From: Vulcanimicrobiota bacterium
GTDB taxonomy: Bacteria > Vulcanimicrobiota > Vulcanimicrobiia > Vulcanimicrobiales > Vulcanimicrobiaceae
Length of the DNA stretch: 64,000 bases
NCBI GenBank assembly: GCA_963733295.1
Contig: CAVTCS010000003.1
Span: forward strand, 1,472,001-1,536,000
Direction: 5' to 3'
Shown here in pieces: positions 1-10,376 of the stretch. The translations under genes and the position numbers were made by a program. The notes under the pieces are model-generated. The model was not told the origin of the DNA. It saw nothing but the letters and a program-made list of their open reading frames with translations, and ran no database searches. The stretch's first letter is position 1, and each line of letters starts with the position of its first letter.

Positions 1-1346
1 ATCTCGGCCGGGAAGCTTTTCAAGAAGTCGATCTGCCGCGCATGTTCGGGGGCCTCGCGAAGTGGGCGGCACAGATCGATTCGGCCGGGCGCATTCCCGA
101 AATGGTCGAGCGCGCCTTTGCAACGGCGCTTTCGGGGCGGCAAGGACCGGTCGTGCTGGCGCTACCGGAGGACGTCTTGAGCGAAAAGGCGGAAGTCGCC
201 GACGTTCCCGCCGCGCTCCAAGTACAAGCTTACCCCGCCGAACCCGAGTTGCGCGCTTTTCACGAAATGCTCGCCGCGGCGGAACGTCCGCTCGTCATTC
301 TCGGCGGGAGCGGCTGGGACGAGCAGGCGTGCCGAGCCCTGCACGCTTTCGTCCGCGACAATTCGTTGCCGGTGACGTGCTCGTTCCGGCGACAGGATCT
401 GTTCGACAATCGCGATCCACACTATGCCGGTGACGCCGGCGTCGGGATCAACCCGGCCCTCGGCGCGCGCATCAAGCGCGCCGATCTGATCCTCGCGCTG
501 GGCGCGCGCTTGGGCGAGATGCCGACTTCGAACTACACATTGATCGAAGCGCCACGGCCGAAGCAACGCCTCGTTCACGTTCACGCCGATCCCGGCGAGC
601 TCGGCCGCGTGTATCGTGCCGATCTCGCCATCAACGCCGGCGCAGCGCATTTCGCCGCGGCGCTGCGCACCCTGCCGAAGATCGAAGCTCCGCGCTGGAA
701 GGCGTGGACCACCGAAGCCCGCGCCGACTACGAGGCCAACGTCGCGCCTGCTCCGATGAGCGGCACGTTGAATCTCGGCGACGCGGTACGTTACCTTTCG
801 GAGTATTTGCCCGAAGACGCGATCCTCACCAACGGCGCGGGCAATTACTCGGGTTGGGTTCACCGCTTCTTTCAATTCAAGCGCCCGCGCACGCAACTCG
901 CGCCGACCAGCGGCGCGATGGGTTACGGCGTTCCGGCGGCGGTTGCGGCGAAGCTGCGCTACCCCGAACGCACGGTGATCGCGTTCGCCGGCGACGGCTG
1001 CTTTCTGATGAACGGGCAAGAGCTTGCAACGGCGGTTCAGTACGGCGCGTCGCTTGTGGTGATCGTCGTCAACAACGGAATGTACGGCACGATCCGTATG
1101 CATCAAGAACGCCACTTCCCCGGCCGCGTCTTCGCGACCGATTTGGTCAATCCGGACTTCGTCGCGCTCGCCCAGGCGTACGGCGCCTACGGAGAACTCG
1201 TCGAGCGCACCGAAGACTTCGCGGCCGCCTTCGGACGCGCCGAAAGCGCCGGCCGTCCCGCGCTGCTCGAGCTTCGCGTCGATCCCGAAGCGATCAACAC
1301 CCGCACGACGATCAGCGCCTTGCGCAGCGCCGCGACGAGCCGCTAG
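1..1346 (+). CDS. Thiamine pyrophosphate-binding enzyme (acetolactate synthase large subunit-like), 5' end outside window
   Basis: TPP motif GDGCFLMNGQEL...VVNNGMYG. Frame stays open upstream of the ATG at 42 (LGREAFQEVDL). Confidence 0.85.
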   Translation, partial: LGREAFQEVDLPRMFGGLAKWAAQIDSAGRIPEMVERAFATALSGRQGPVVLALPEDVLSEKAEVADVPAALQVQAYPAEPELRAFHEMLAAAERPLVILGGSGWDEQACRALHAFVRDNSLPVTCSFRRQDLFDNRDPHYAGDAGVGINPALGARIKRADLILALGARLGEMPTSNYTLIEAPRPKQRLVHVHADPGELGRVYRADLAINAGAAHFAAALRTLPKIEAPRWKAWTTEARADYEANVAPAPMSGTLNLGDAVRYLSEYLPEDAILTNGAGNYSGWVHRFFQFKRPRTQLAPTSGAMGYGVPAAVAAKLRYPERTVIAFAGDGCFLMNGQELATAVQYGASLVVIVVNNGMYGTIRMHQERHFPGRVFATDLVNPDFVALAQAYGAYGELVERTEDFAAAFGRAESAGRPALLELRVDPEAINTRTTISALRSAATSR

Positions 1347-1352
1347 CGCAAT

Positions 1353-2186
1353 TTAGCCGGCATCCAAGGCGTCCCACTCCGCTTGCGTCAGTTCGACCTG
1401 CGCGGCGGCGACGTTCTCCTCAAGGTGGGCGAGCGACGAAGTTCCCGGAATCGGCACGAGCGCCGGGGAGCGCTGCAAGAGCCATGCGAGGGCGATCTGC
1501 GCCGTCGTCGCGCCGTGCGCACGGGCGATGCGTGCCAGCGTCCCGCCCGCCTTGGCGAGGTCGCCTGCATCGATCGGAAAGTACGGAAAGAACGCGATTC
1601 CCTTGCGCTCGCATGCCTCGAGCAGCGGCTCGGACTCACGGTTCCCCACATTGTACGCGTTTTGCACCGAAACGATCGGCACGATTGACGCGGCTTCTTC
1701 GAGTTCCGCGAGGCTGACGTTCGAAATGCCGACGTGGCGGATCTTTCCCTCGCGCTGCAATTCGGCCAGCGCCCCGATGGATTCGGCCAAGGGCACGTTC
1801 GCGTCGGGGGAGTGGAGCTGGTACAAATCGATGCGCTCGAGCCGCAAGCGTCTCAGGCTGCCTTCGCAGGCCCAACGAAGATGCGCGGGGCGCCCGTCGG
1901 AAACCCAGCGGCCTTCGGGCCGCGTCGTGCCGCACTTGCTCGCGATGACGACGCCTTCGCGATATGGGGCGAGCGCTTCGGCGATCTGCTCTTCGTTGAC
2001 GAACGGTCCATAGGCGTCGGCCGTGTCGATCAAGCGCACGCCGAGTTCGACGGCGCGCCGCAGGACCGCGTGCGCGTTCGCGTCGTCGGCCGGCCGCCCC
2101 ATGATGCGAGGTCCGCACAAGCGCATCGCGCCGAAACCCATACGGGGCACGCTCAGGTCGCCGCCGATCGTTAGCGTTGACTCCAC
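1353..2186 (-). CDS. Aldo/keto reductase
   Basis: GFGAMRL, IDTADAYG, IDLYQLH and PIPGTS motifs; GGAGG upstream. Confidence 0.9.
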   Translation of the reverse strand: MESTLTIGGDLSVPRMGFGAMRLCGPRIMGRPADDANAHAVLRRAVELGVRLIDTADAYGPFVNEEQIAEALAPYREGVVIASKCGTTRPEGRWVSDGRPAHLRWACEGSLRRLRLERIDLYQLHSPDANVPLAESIGALAELQREGKIRHVGISNVSLAELEEAASIVPIVSVQNAYNVGNRESEPLLEACERKGIAFFPYFPIDAGDLAKAGGTLARIARAHGATTAQIALAWLLQRSPALVPIPGTSSLAHLEENVAAAQVELTQAEWDALDAG

Positions 2187-2275
2187 GTTCGTCTACCTCC
2201 GGAGGTTGAGCAATGGAACCGGGCGGGAAGGTTGCGGCGGAGGCGCGTCTCGCGCCGACGGCCAACTGCCCCGGG

Positions 2276-4018
2276 ATGCTGCCCGTCGCCGATAAACACG
2301 GTTCCCACGACGCCGTACCCCTTCCCGCGCTGCGTCATACTGCCGCGCACGTGCTCGCTTACGCCGTCCAGGATCTGTTCCCCGAGGCCAAGCCGACGAT
2401 CGGGCCTGCGATTGAAAACGGCTTCTATTACGACTTCGATCGCAACGAGCCGTTCACGCCGGAGGATCTCGTCCGTCTCGAAGATCGCATGCGCGAGATC
2501 GTCGCGGCGAATTACGAGATGACCGGGCGGCGCGTGACCCGCGAGGAAGCGCTCGCGGCGTTCGCCGGCAACGAGTATAAGCTCGAGCTCGCGCGCGAGA
2601 TTCCCGAAGGCGAACAGATCACGCTCTACACGATCGGAGCGTTCACGGATTTGTGTCGCGGTGGCCACGCCCACACGACGGGAGCGATCGGCGCGCTGAA
2701 GCTGACGAGCCTCGCCGGAGCGTACTGGCGCGGTGACGAGCACAACCCGATGTTGCAGCGCATCTACGGCACCGCTTTCCCGACGCAGGCCGAACTCGAC
2801 GCGCATCTGCTCATGTTCGAGGAAGCGTTAAAGCGCGATCATCGCAAGCTAGGCCAAGAACTCGAGCTCTTCTCGATCGAGGAGGATGCGGGCGGGGGGC
2901 TCGTTTTCTGGCATCCGAAGGGCGCCGTCGTACGCGGCATCGTCGAGAACTTCATTCGCGAAGGTCTGAGCGAGCGCGGTTACCATCAGGTCGTGACGCC
3001 GCACGTGGTCAGCGAACGTCTCTACGAAATCTCCGGACATCTCGAAAACTTCGCGCAAGGCATGTTCGGACCGCTCGAGGTCGAGGGTCAGCGTTTCCGG
3101 CTCAAACCGATGAACTGTCCCGGACACATCCTCATCTACAAGAGCCGGCCGCGCTCGTATCGCGACCTTCCTCTGCGCTACGCTGAATTCGGAACCGTCT
3201 ATCGCTTCGAGCGGAGCGGCACGCTGCACGGCTTGACGCGCGTGCGCGGCTTTACCCAGGACGACGCACACATCTTCTGTACGCCCGAGCAGTTGCAGGG
3301 CGAGTACGAGCGGACGGCCGACGAAGCGATCCGCTTGATCGAAGCTTTCGGTTTCGATCGCGTCGAGTATTTTCTCTCGACCCGCGAAAACCGCGGCGAT
3401 ACGGACGCGATCGCCGAAGAAGCGATTCGCAAGGCGCTCGAATCGCGCGGGCTGCCCTACGAGATCGATGCGGGCGGCGGTGCGTTCTACGGACCGAAGC
3501 TCGATCTCAACGTGCACGATGCGCTCGGGCGCATGTGGCAACTCGGCACGGTGCAGGTCGACTTCATGATGCCCGAGCGGTTCGCGCTCGAGTATCGCGG
3601 AAGCGACGGCGCCGAACACACGCCCGTCATGATTCACCGCGCCTTAGCGGGCTCGCTCGAGCGCTTTTTCGGCGTCTTGATCGAACACTACGGCGGCGCG
3701 TTCCCAGCTTGGCTGGCACCGGTCCAGGCCGTCGTCGTGCCGGTCTCGGAGCAGGTCATCGACTATGCGCGTTCGGTTCGCGAACGACTCGAAGCCGAAG
3801 GTTTTCGGATCGAGCTCGACGAGTCGAGCGAACGCCTCAACTACAAGATCAGACATTGGAAAACCCAGAAGGTTCCGTTCATTCTGGTCGTCGGTAAGAA
3901 CGAAGCGGCCGAAGGTTCCGTCTCGCCCAACGAGCGCGGCCTGGACGAGAAGCGGCCGGCTATTCCGCTCGAAGAGTTCGCGCGGGAATTGCGCGATCGC
4001 GTCAGCCGCAAGGTCTAA
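2276..4018 (+). CDS. thrS: Threonine--tRNA ligase (no N-terminal TGS domain)
   Basis: LRHTAAH, DLCRGGH, RDHRKLG, KPMNCPGH, FYGPK motifs. Start placed at the ATG at 2276. Confidence 0.97.
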   Translation: MLPVADKHGSHDAVPLPALRHTAAHVLAYAVQDLFPEAKPTIGPAIENGFYYDFDRNEPFTPEDLVRLEDRMREIVAANYEMTGRRVTREEALAAFAGNEYKLELAREIPEGEQITLYTIGAFTDLCRGGHAHTTGAIGALKLTSLAGAYWRGDEHNPMLQRIYGTAFPTQAELDAHLLMFEEALKRDHRKLGQELELFSIEEDAGGGLVFWHPKGAVVRGIVENFIREGLSERGYHQVVTPHVVSERLYEISGHLENFAQGMFGPLEVEGQRFRLKPMNCPGHILIYKSRPRSYRDLPLRYAEFGTVYRFERSGTLHGLTRVRGFTQDDAHIFCTPEQLQGEYERTADEAIRLIEAFGFDRVEYFLSTRENRGDTDAIAEEAIRKALESRGLPYEIDAGGGAFYGPKLDLNVHDALGRMWQLGTVQVDFMMPERFALEYRGSDGAEHTPVMIHRALAGSLERFFGVLIEHYGGAFPAWLAPVQAVVVPVSEQVIDYARSVRERLEAEGFRIELDESSERLNYKIRHWKTQKVPFILVVGKNEAAEGSVSPNERGLDEKRPAIPLEEFARELRDRVSRKV

Positions 4019-4067
4019 CCTGCTTTCAATGCGGATTCTCAGGGAGCTCCCCTATGCTGTGCTCACC

Positions 4068-4439
4068 ATGAACCTTTTACGTCTTCTTCCGTCTCTCGCC
4101 GTCGCGCTTGCCCTTTTCTCCGCGCCGGCTTTTGCGCAGAGCTCGAGCGCGAGCCCGGTGCCCGCCGCATCGGCCGAGCCGGCACCGCCGGCGCATGCGC
4201 ATCACGTGAATCCGATGCGCACCGCGCTCGCCACGCTCGACCTCTCGGACGCTCAGAAAGCGCAGATCCAGAAGCTACACGAGCAAGCCAAGGCGGCGCG
4301 CGTAAACGGTCAGCCCATGTCGCACGCCGAGATGCTCAAGCAGCTCAACGCCATCCTGACGCCTGCCCAGCGCACGCAGCTCCAAGCTGCGCTCGACAAA
4401 GCGAAGGCCGCGCAGCAGCAACCGCCCGCGCAGCAGTAA
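4068..4439 (+). CDS. Spy/CpxP-like periplasmic protein
   Basis: Signal peptide (APAFA-Q) and two LTxxQ-like motifs (LSDAQK, LTPAQR). Confidence 0.7.
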   Translation: MNLLRLLPSLAVALALFSAPAFAQSSSASPVPAASAEPAPPAHAHHVNPMRTALATLDLSDAQKAQIQKLHEQAKAARVNGQPMSHAEMLKQLNAILTPAQRTQLQAALDKAKAAQQQPPAQQ

Positions 4440-4486
4440 CTTCCCGCGCGGCGGAGAGACGCGCAAGGGGCGCGAAACCTCGGCCG

Positions 4487-5509
4487 ATGCTGCTTCTCGG
4501 AATCGAGACGTCGTGCGACGACACGGCGACGGCCGTTGTGCGCGATGCGCGCGACGCACTCTCGAACGTCTCGACGAACCAAGACGAATTTCACGCGAAA
4601 TTCGGCGGAATCGTGCCCGAGATCGCGAGCCGGCAGCACGTGGCCTTGCTCAGCGCCGCGGTACAGGACGCGCTCGAGCGCGCCGGCGTCGAGCTAGCCG
4701 CAATCGACGGCATCGCGGTGACGGCCGGCCCAGGTTTGATCGGGAGCCTCGTCGTCGGCGTCGCCTCAGCCAAAGCGCTCGCCGTCGCGGCGAAGAAACC
4801 CCTTTACGCGATCAATCACCTGCACGGTCACTTGTTCGCGCCGTTCATCGACTCGGGAGTCGAGCCGGAATATCCGTTCCTCGCGCTGCTCGTCTCGGGC
4901 GGCCACTCGCAACTCGTGCACGTGGCGGGGCCGAATGCGCTGCGCGTCATCGGACGCACGCGCGACGACGCCGCGGGCGAAGCGTTCGACAAGACGGCGC
5001 GGCTGCTGGGTCTTCCGTTTCCGGGCGGCCCGGCGATCGACCGGCTAGCGCGAGAGGGCGATCCGTCCGCTTACACTTTCCCGCGCAACCGGCCCGACGC
5101 GGGCTCGCTCGACATGTCGTTCTCAGGCCTCAAGACTGCGGTCAAGTATTTCCTCGACTCGCCGGCCGGTGCGGCGGCTCGCCCGGCCGACGTCGCGGCC
5201 GCGTTCCAAGCCGCGGTCGTCGACGTGCTGATCGATCGCCTCGAGCGAGCGATCCATGCGGAACCGTACCGGATGGCGGTCCTCTCGGGCGGGGTCGCGG
5301 CCAACTCGGTCCTGCAGGCGGCCTTCGGCGCCTGGGCCGGCCGGCGCGGGCTTCCCGCGGCGATTCCGCACCTCCGCTACTGTACCGACAACGCTGCGAT
5401 GATCGCAGCCGCTGCCGAGCGGCAAGGTGAGATCCGCTTGGCCGACCCGCGCAAGCTCAGCGCCGACCCGAACTTGCCCTTCGAACAACTCCGCCCGATC
5501 GCATCCTAG
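4487..5509 (+). CDS. tsaD: tRNA N6-threonylcarbamoyltransferase subunit TsaD
   Basis: LGIETSCDD, GGIVPEIASRQH, HLHGH, SGGHS, DDAAGEAFDK, TDNAAMI motifs. Confidence 0.97.
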   Translation: MLLLGIETSCDDTATAVVRDARDALSNVSTNQDEFHAKFGGIVPEIASRQHVALLSAAVQDALERAGVELAAIDGIAVTAGPGLIGSLVVGVASAKALAVAAKKPLYAINHLHGHLFAPFIDSGVEPEYPFLALLVSGGHSQLVHVAGPNALRVIGRTRDDAAGEAFDKTARLLGLPFPGGPAIDRLAREGDPSAYTFPRNRPDAGSLDMSFSGLKTAVKYFLDSPAGAAARPADVAAAFQAAVVDVLIDRLERAIHAEPYRMAVLSGGVAANSVLQAAFGAWAGRRGLPAAIPHLRYCTDNAAMIAAAAERQGEIRLADPRKLSADPNLPFEQLRPIAS

Positions 5510-5587
5510 GGCCGGGCTCCCGCGAGGCGCGAGGGCGCGGACATTCCACAATTTCGCGACGAAGCGCCTGTGGAAGGTGTGGAGAGT

Positions 5588-6211
5588 TCAGGCCTTCGAT
5601 GCGACCCAGAGCCGGATCGCTTCACCCAGGACCTCGTGCTCCAGCGCATGCAGCCGGCGTTCGAGCGCGTCGCGACTCTCCTCGTGTCCGATCCGTAGCG
5701 GCGCACGCGCGAGCACGTCGCCCCGGTCGACCGACACGCCGACTCGATGGACGCTGGCCCCTATCCAATCGCTATGGGCCTGCAGCGCGTCGTCGAGCGC
5801 GTGGGCACCCCGGAACGCTGCGCCTTCGCTGCCGTCAGGAAACCGGACGACGTTAGCCCGAGGGTCGAGCGGCAAGAAGGCCGGGTGCAGGTTGAGCGCT
5901 TCGGGGAAACGCTCGATGAACGAGGGCGGCAAGACGTGCATCCAGCCCAGCAGCAAAATGAGCTCCGGCTGGGTTGCGGCGACGGCCTCGGTGAGCCTGG
6001 CGTCGTAGGCGACGCGGGACTCCGCGGGCCGCTCCCAGGCCACGACCTCGGCGCGTACGCCGAGCCGGCGCGCCCGCTCCAGCACCCCGGCCTGGGCCCG
6101 GTTTGCGATCAGGGCGGTGACTTCAAGGGGCACCGAACCTTCCCGCGAGGCCTTAACGACCGCTTCGAAATTGCTCCCATTGCCCGAGGCCAGAACCGTG
6201 GCGCGTCTCAA
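5588..6211 (-). CDS. purN: Phosphoribosylglycinamide formyltransferase
   Basis: VLASGNGSNFEA and LNLHPAFLP motifs. TTG start overlaps the purM stop (TTGA). Confidence 0.9.
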   Translation of the reverse strand: MRRATVLASGNGSNFEAVVKASREGSVPLEVTALIANRAQAGVLERARRLGVRAEVVAWERPAESRVAYDARLTEAVAATQPELILLLGWMHVLPPSFIERFPEALNLHPAFLPLDPRANVVRFPDGSEGAAFRGAHALDDALQAHSDWIGASVHRVGVSVDRGDVLARAPLRIGHEESRDALERRLHALEHEVLGEAIRLWVASKA

Positions 6212-7278
6212 GCGCGGGGCGGCTCGACGACGACCGCCGCCTCCCCCTCCCTGCGTTCCTCGACCCAGCCGACGACCTTGGCTCCAGGCGCCGCGGCCAG
6301 GGCGCGGTCGACGTCGCCGAGCGGCACGACGAGCGTATAGCCCACGCCCATATTGAAGACGCGGTAGCGCTCCTCGTGCGTCAGGTTTCCCCGCCGGACC
6401 AGCTCCGCCTCGAGCGGCGGCACCGTCCAACGCGACTGTTCGAAGCGCGCCTTGCACGCCGCGGGCAGCGTGCGAGGCACGTTCTCCAGCAAACCGCCTC
6501 CGGTGATATGAGCCATGACCTTCACGTCGGCGACGGTTTGGATCGCGCGAACCGGACGCGCGTACGAAGGGTGTTCGGCCAAAAGCGCGTCGGCGAAGGT
6601 CGCCTCCGGGCCGGCGGCGGGAAAGGGCGCAAGCCAGTCGGCCTCAGCGATCAGTTCGCGGGCGAGGCTGTAACCGTTGGTGTGCAGTCCAATGGCCGGC
6701 AGACCCAGGATCGCGTCTCCGGGTACCACTCGCAGCGGGTCGGGAACCTCGTCCAAAGCGACGATTCCGACGATCGTGCCGGCCAGGTCAAAGTCGCCGC
6801 TCTTGTAGAGCCCCGGCATTTCGGCGGTTTCGCCGCCGAGCAGCGCGCAGTCGTTTGCGCGGCAAGCCGACTGGATGCCGGCCACGATCGCCGCCGCAAC
6901 CTCCGGTTCTAACTTTCCAACCGCAAGGTAATCCAAGAAGAAAAGCGGCGTGGCGTTGACGACCAAAATGTCGTTCACGCAGTGGTTCACAAGGTCGGCG
7001 CCCACGCTTCCGTAGCGGCGCAGACGCGCGGCGATGAGAATCTTCGTGCCGACCCCGTCGCTCGAGGCGGCCAACGCTTTGCGCGGGTCGCCCGGCAACT
7101 CGAAGAGACCGCTGAAACCGCCGATACCGCCCAGCTGTTTGGGGTGACGCCACCCCGCGGTAATCTCACGATAGCGGGAAACCGCTTCGTTGCCAGCCGC
7201 GATGTCGACGCCGGAGTGTGAGTAAGCGTCGCGCAGGGGCGCTTTCTCGTCGCGCAGTAAGCCGTCCGAATCGTTCAT
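6208..7278 (-). CDS. purM: AIR synthetase
   Basis: GVDIAAGN, DGVGTK, GGETAEMPG, HTNGYSL, HITGGG, FNMGVG motifs. Confidence 0.97.
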   Translation of the reverse strand: MNDSDGLLRDEKAPLRDAYSHSGVDIAAGNEAVSRYREITAGWRHPKQLGGIGGFSGLFELPGDPRKALAASSDGVGTKILIAARLRRYGSVGADLVNHCVNDILVVNATPLFFLDYLAVGKLEPEVAAAIVAGIQSACRANDCALLGGETAEMPGLYKSGDFDLAGTIVGIVALDEVPDPLRVVPGDAILGLPAIGLHTNGYSLARELIAEADWLAPFPAAGPEATFADALLAEHPSYARPVRAIQTVADVKVMAHITGGGLLENVPRTLPAACKARFEQSRWTVPPLEAELVRRGNLTHEERYRVFNMGVGYTLVVPLGDVDRALAAAPGAKVVGWVEERREGEAAVVVEPPRA

Positions 7279-7312
7279 CGCAGGTAGCGGTTCAACTCAC
7301 CGAAAGGTTCTC

Positions 7313-8866
7313 ATGCAGGTAACGGTCTCGCCGGGCTCCGCCCGCACTCTCCACTCGGGCGCCCTGGTCGTTCCGGTCTTCTCGGACGGCAAGCTCGACG
7401 GCGCGGCCGAAGTCGCCGACAAAGAACTCGGCGGCGCGCTGGCCGACGTCTTAGCGGCCAAAGAGATCACTGGGGCGGCGAACGAGGTGGCGTTGTTGCG
7501 CGCGGCGGACCTCGGCACCAAACGCGTGCTGGCGGTCGGTCTCGGCGATCGCGCCAAATTCGAACCAAACGCGCTGGTGAAGTACGCGGGGACCGCGGTC
7601 CGCTATCTGGGCAAGCGCAACGTGCACGACATCGCAATCACCTTGCCGCTCGAAGCGCAACATCATTCGCACGACGCCGCAGGCTTTATCGTCGAAGGTG
7701 CAATCGCCGGGACGATCGACACCACGACATATCGCACCGAGCCCGACAAGCCGATCGTCATCGAAGCCTTGACCATCGTCGGCAACGCCGGTTCGCACGA
7801 GTTCGATCGCAGCGCCCTCGAAGCCGGCGCGAAACACGGACGCATCTTGGGCGAAGCGATCAACTTCGCGCGCACGCTCGCCCTGACGCCGGCGAACGAC
7901 ATGACGCCGACGCACCTCGCGAAGGCGGCCCAAACCATCGCCAAGGAGAACGGGCTCGAGTTTCACTCGCTCGACGAAGCCGAGATGGAACGTAAGGGCA
8001 TGGGATCGATCTTGGGTGTCTCGCGTGGCAGCGACGAACCGGCTGCGATGATCGTGCTGCGCTACAACGGGGATCCCGGCAACAAAGAGGTTCTGGGGTT
8101 CGTCGGCAAAGGCTTGACTTTCGATTCCGGCGGAATCTCGATCAAGCCGGCCGAGAACATGCACGAGATGAAGTACGACATGAGCGGTGGCGCCGGCGTG
8201 ATTGCCGCGCTGGGCGCGATCGCGCAGCTCAAACTCAAGCTGAACGTCATCGGCGTCGTTCCGGCAAGCGAGAATCTGCCGGGGCATCGCGCCATGAAAC
8301 CGGGCGACATCTTGCGCGCCATGAACGGCAAGACGATCGAGGTCATCAACACCGATGCCGAAGGCCGGCTGATTCTAGCCGACGCGCTTTGCTACGTACG
8401 CGAACTCGGCGCGACGAAGATCGTCGATGCCGCGACGCTCACCGGCGCGATCGTGATCTCGCTCGGGCACGCCGCCAGCGGCACGATCGGAAACGACGAG
8501 GCGTTCACGAAGAACTTCCTGAGCGTCGTCAAGCACACGGCCGAGCGCTATTGGGAATTGCCGCTCTACGACGAGTACGCGCAAGCGGTCAAAAGCGAAA
8601 TCGCCGATCTGCGCAATTCGACCGGGCGCCCCGCTGGAAGTCTCACCGCCGCCGCCTTCCTGCGCAACTTCGTCGACAAGACGCCCTGGATTCACCTCGA
8701 TATCGCCGGTACCGCGTACCTCGACAGCGAGTCGGCGTATCAAGCGAAAGGTCCGACGGGGACGCCGGTCCGCGCCTTCGTCGCACTAGCCGAAGATCTC
8801 GCGCGCGGAGCGGCGCACGCGACCAACGGCGCAGCCCAAGCTGCGGCGGTGAAGCAGGCGCGCTAG
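7313..8866 (+). CDS. pepA: Leucyl aminopeptidase (M17)
   Basis: VGKGLTFDSGG, MKYDMSG, NTDAEGRL, HLDIAG motifs. Confidence 0.95.
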   Translation: MQVTVSPGSARTLHSGALVVPVFSDGKLDGAAEVADKELGGALADVLAAKEITGAANEVALLRAADLGTKRVLAVGLGDRAKFEPNALVKYAGTAVRYLGKRNVHDIAITLPLEAQHHSHDAAGFIVEGAIAGTIDTTTYRTEPDKPIVIEALTIVGNAGSHEFDRSALEAGAKHGRILGEAINFARTLALTPANDMTPTHLAKAAQTIAKENGLEFHSLDEAEMERKGMGSILGVSRGSDEPAAMIVLRYNGDPGNKEVLGFVGKGLTFDSGGISIKPAENMHEMKYDMSGGAGVIAALGAIAQLKLKLNVIGVVPASENLPGHRAMKPGDILRAMNGKTIEVINTDAEGRLILADALCYVRELGATKIVDAATLTGAIVISLGHAASGTIGNDEAFTKNFLSVVKHTAERYWELPLYDEYAQAVKSEIADLRNSTGRPAGSLTAAAFLRNFVDKTPWIHLDIAGTAYLDSESAYQAKGPTGTPVRAFVALAEDLARGAAHATNGAAQAAAVKQAR

Positions 8867-8876
8867 GCGCGCCCTG

Positions 8877-10334
8877 CTAGTTCCGCGCGATGGTGAGCGG
8901 CGGCGAGGCCTCGCGCGACTCAGGCACTCTCCGCGCATCGTACGTCTCCGGATATTCGCCCGTGAGACAACCGAGGCACATCTCGCCGCGCTTGCGGCCG
9001 GTCGCTTGCAAGAGACTCTCTTTGCTGAGGTATCCGAGGGAATCGGCGCCGATTTTCTCGCGAATCTGTTCGACGTTCAAGTTCGCAGCGATCAGCTCCG
9101 AGCGGGTCGCCATATCTACCCCTAAATAACACGAATCGATGATCGGTGGAGACATGATGCGAACGTGCACTTCGCGCGCCCCCGCATCACGCAAGAGTTT
9201 CACGATACGCGGGGTCGTTGTTGCGCGCACGATCGAATCGTCGACGACGACGACCCGGCGGTCCTTGAGGTTCTCGACGATCGGATTGAATTTCAGTTGC
9301 ACGCCGCGATTCCGCATCGGCTGATCGGGGCTGATGAAGGTTCGCCCGATGTAGCGATTCTTGATCAAACCCTCGACGTAGGGCAGACGCGACTCTTCCG
9401 AAAAGCCGATGCCGCCGGGGATCGCTGAGTCGGGAACCGCCATGACGACGTCGGCTTCTACCGGATGCTCCCGAGCGAGACGCCGCCCCATTTCGACGCG
9501 CGCCATGTAGATCGAACGGCCGTCGAGCACCGAGTCGGGCCGCGCGAAGTAGATATATTCGAACATGCACAGCGCTTGCGGTTTTGGTTTTTTGGTCTTG
9601 TCGACGTGCAGGCCATCGCCGTCGATCCAAACGATCTCGCCCGGCTCGAGCTCACGGATGTACTCTGCGCCCACGGTCGCCAGCGCGCACGATTCTGAGG
9701 CGATGACGTATCCGCCGCCCGGGTTGCGTCCGTAGCAGAGCGGACGAACGCCCCAGGGATCGCGGAAACCGTAGAGCGCCTTCTCCGTCGACATGACGAT
9801 CGAGTACGCGCCTTCGGCTTTGGTCATGACGTGCCGGATGCGACCGACCATGTCGCTTTCCGGCGCCTCGACGATGAGCTTCGCGAAGACTTCGGAATCG
9901 GAGGTCGCTTGCAGCGTCGTGGTCGGCTTGAGCGACGCACGCAACTCCTCGGTATTCGTGAGGTTGCCGTTGTGCGCGAGCGAGATCTCGCCGAGTTCGG
10001 TGTGTTCGAGCAGCGGCTGCGCGTTCACGACGACCGACGAGCCGGTCGTCGAGTAGCGCGTGTGGCCGACCGCAATGTAGCCGGTCAGCTTGCCGAGGAT
10101 CTCCTCGTCGAAGATGCTCGAGATGAGTCCCATCTCGCGGTGGCAGACGATCGAGGCTCCGTCCGAAACGGCGATTCCGGCCGATTCTTGGCCGCGGTGC
10201 TGGAGCGCGTAGAGTCCGAAATATGCCAGCCGCGCGACGTCGTGGCCCGGTGCGTAGATTCCGACGACGCCGCACGCCTCATGGAGGGTGTCGCCGGCCG
10301 GGAGCGAGGCCTCTTCATCGTACGAGCGGGCCAT
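8877..10334 (-). CDS. purF: Amidophosphoribosyltransferase
   Basis: EACGVVG, LQHRGQESAG, GHTRYST, HNGNL, VVVDDSIVR motifs. Confidence 0.97.
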   Translation of the reverse strand: MARSYDEEASLPAGDTLHEACGVVGIYAPGHDVARLAYFGLYALQHRGQESAGIAVSDGASIVCHREMGLISSIFDEEILGKLTGYIAVGHTRYSTTGSSVVVNAQPLLEHTELGEISLAHNGNLTNTEELRASLKPTTTLQATSDSEVFAKLIVEAPESDMVGRIRHVMTKAEGAYSIVMSTEKALYGFRDPWGVRPLCYGRNPGGGYVIASESCALATVGAEYIRELEPGEIVWIDGDGLHVDKTKKPKPQALCMFEYIYFARPDSVLDGRSIYMARVEMGRRLAREHPVEADVVMAVPDSAIPGGIGFSEESRLPYVEGLIKNRYIGRTFISPDQPMRNRGVQLKFNPIVENLKDRRVVVVDDSIVRATTTPRIVKLLRDAGAREVHVRIMSPPIIDSCYLGVDMATRSELIAANLNVEQIREKIGADSLGYLSKESLLQATGRKRGEMCLGCLTGEYPETYDARRVPESREASPPLTIARN

Positions 10335-10376
10335 CTCTTCTCCATTCTCCGCCCGCGGGCCAAACCCCCAGCAGAC

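Noticed and set aside
2276..2400. ThrRS lacking the TGS domain
   Set aside because: A common variant in many bacteria.
7280..7326. Direct repeat GCAGGTARCGGT between divergent purM and pepA
   Set aside because: Only two 12-nt copies, one inside pepA coding sequence; not noticed at other pur genes.
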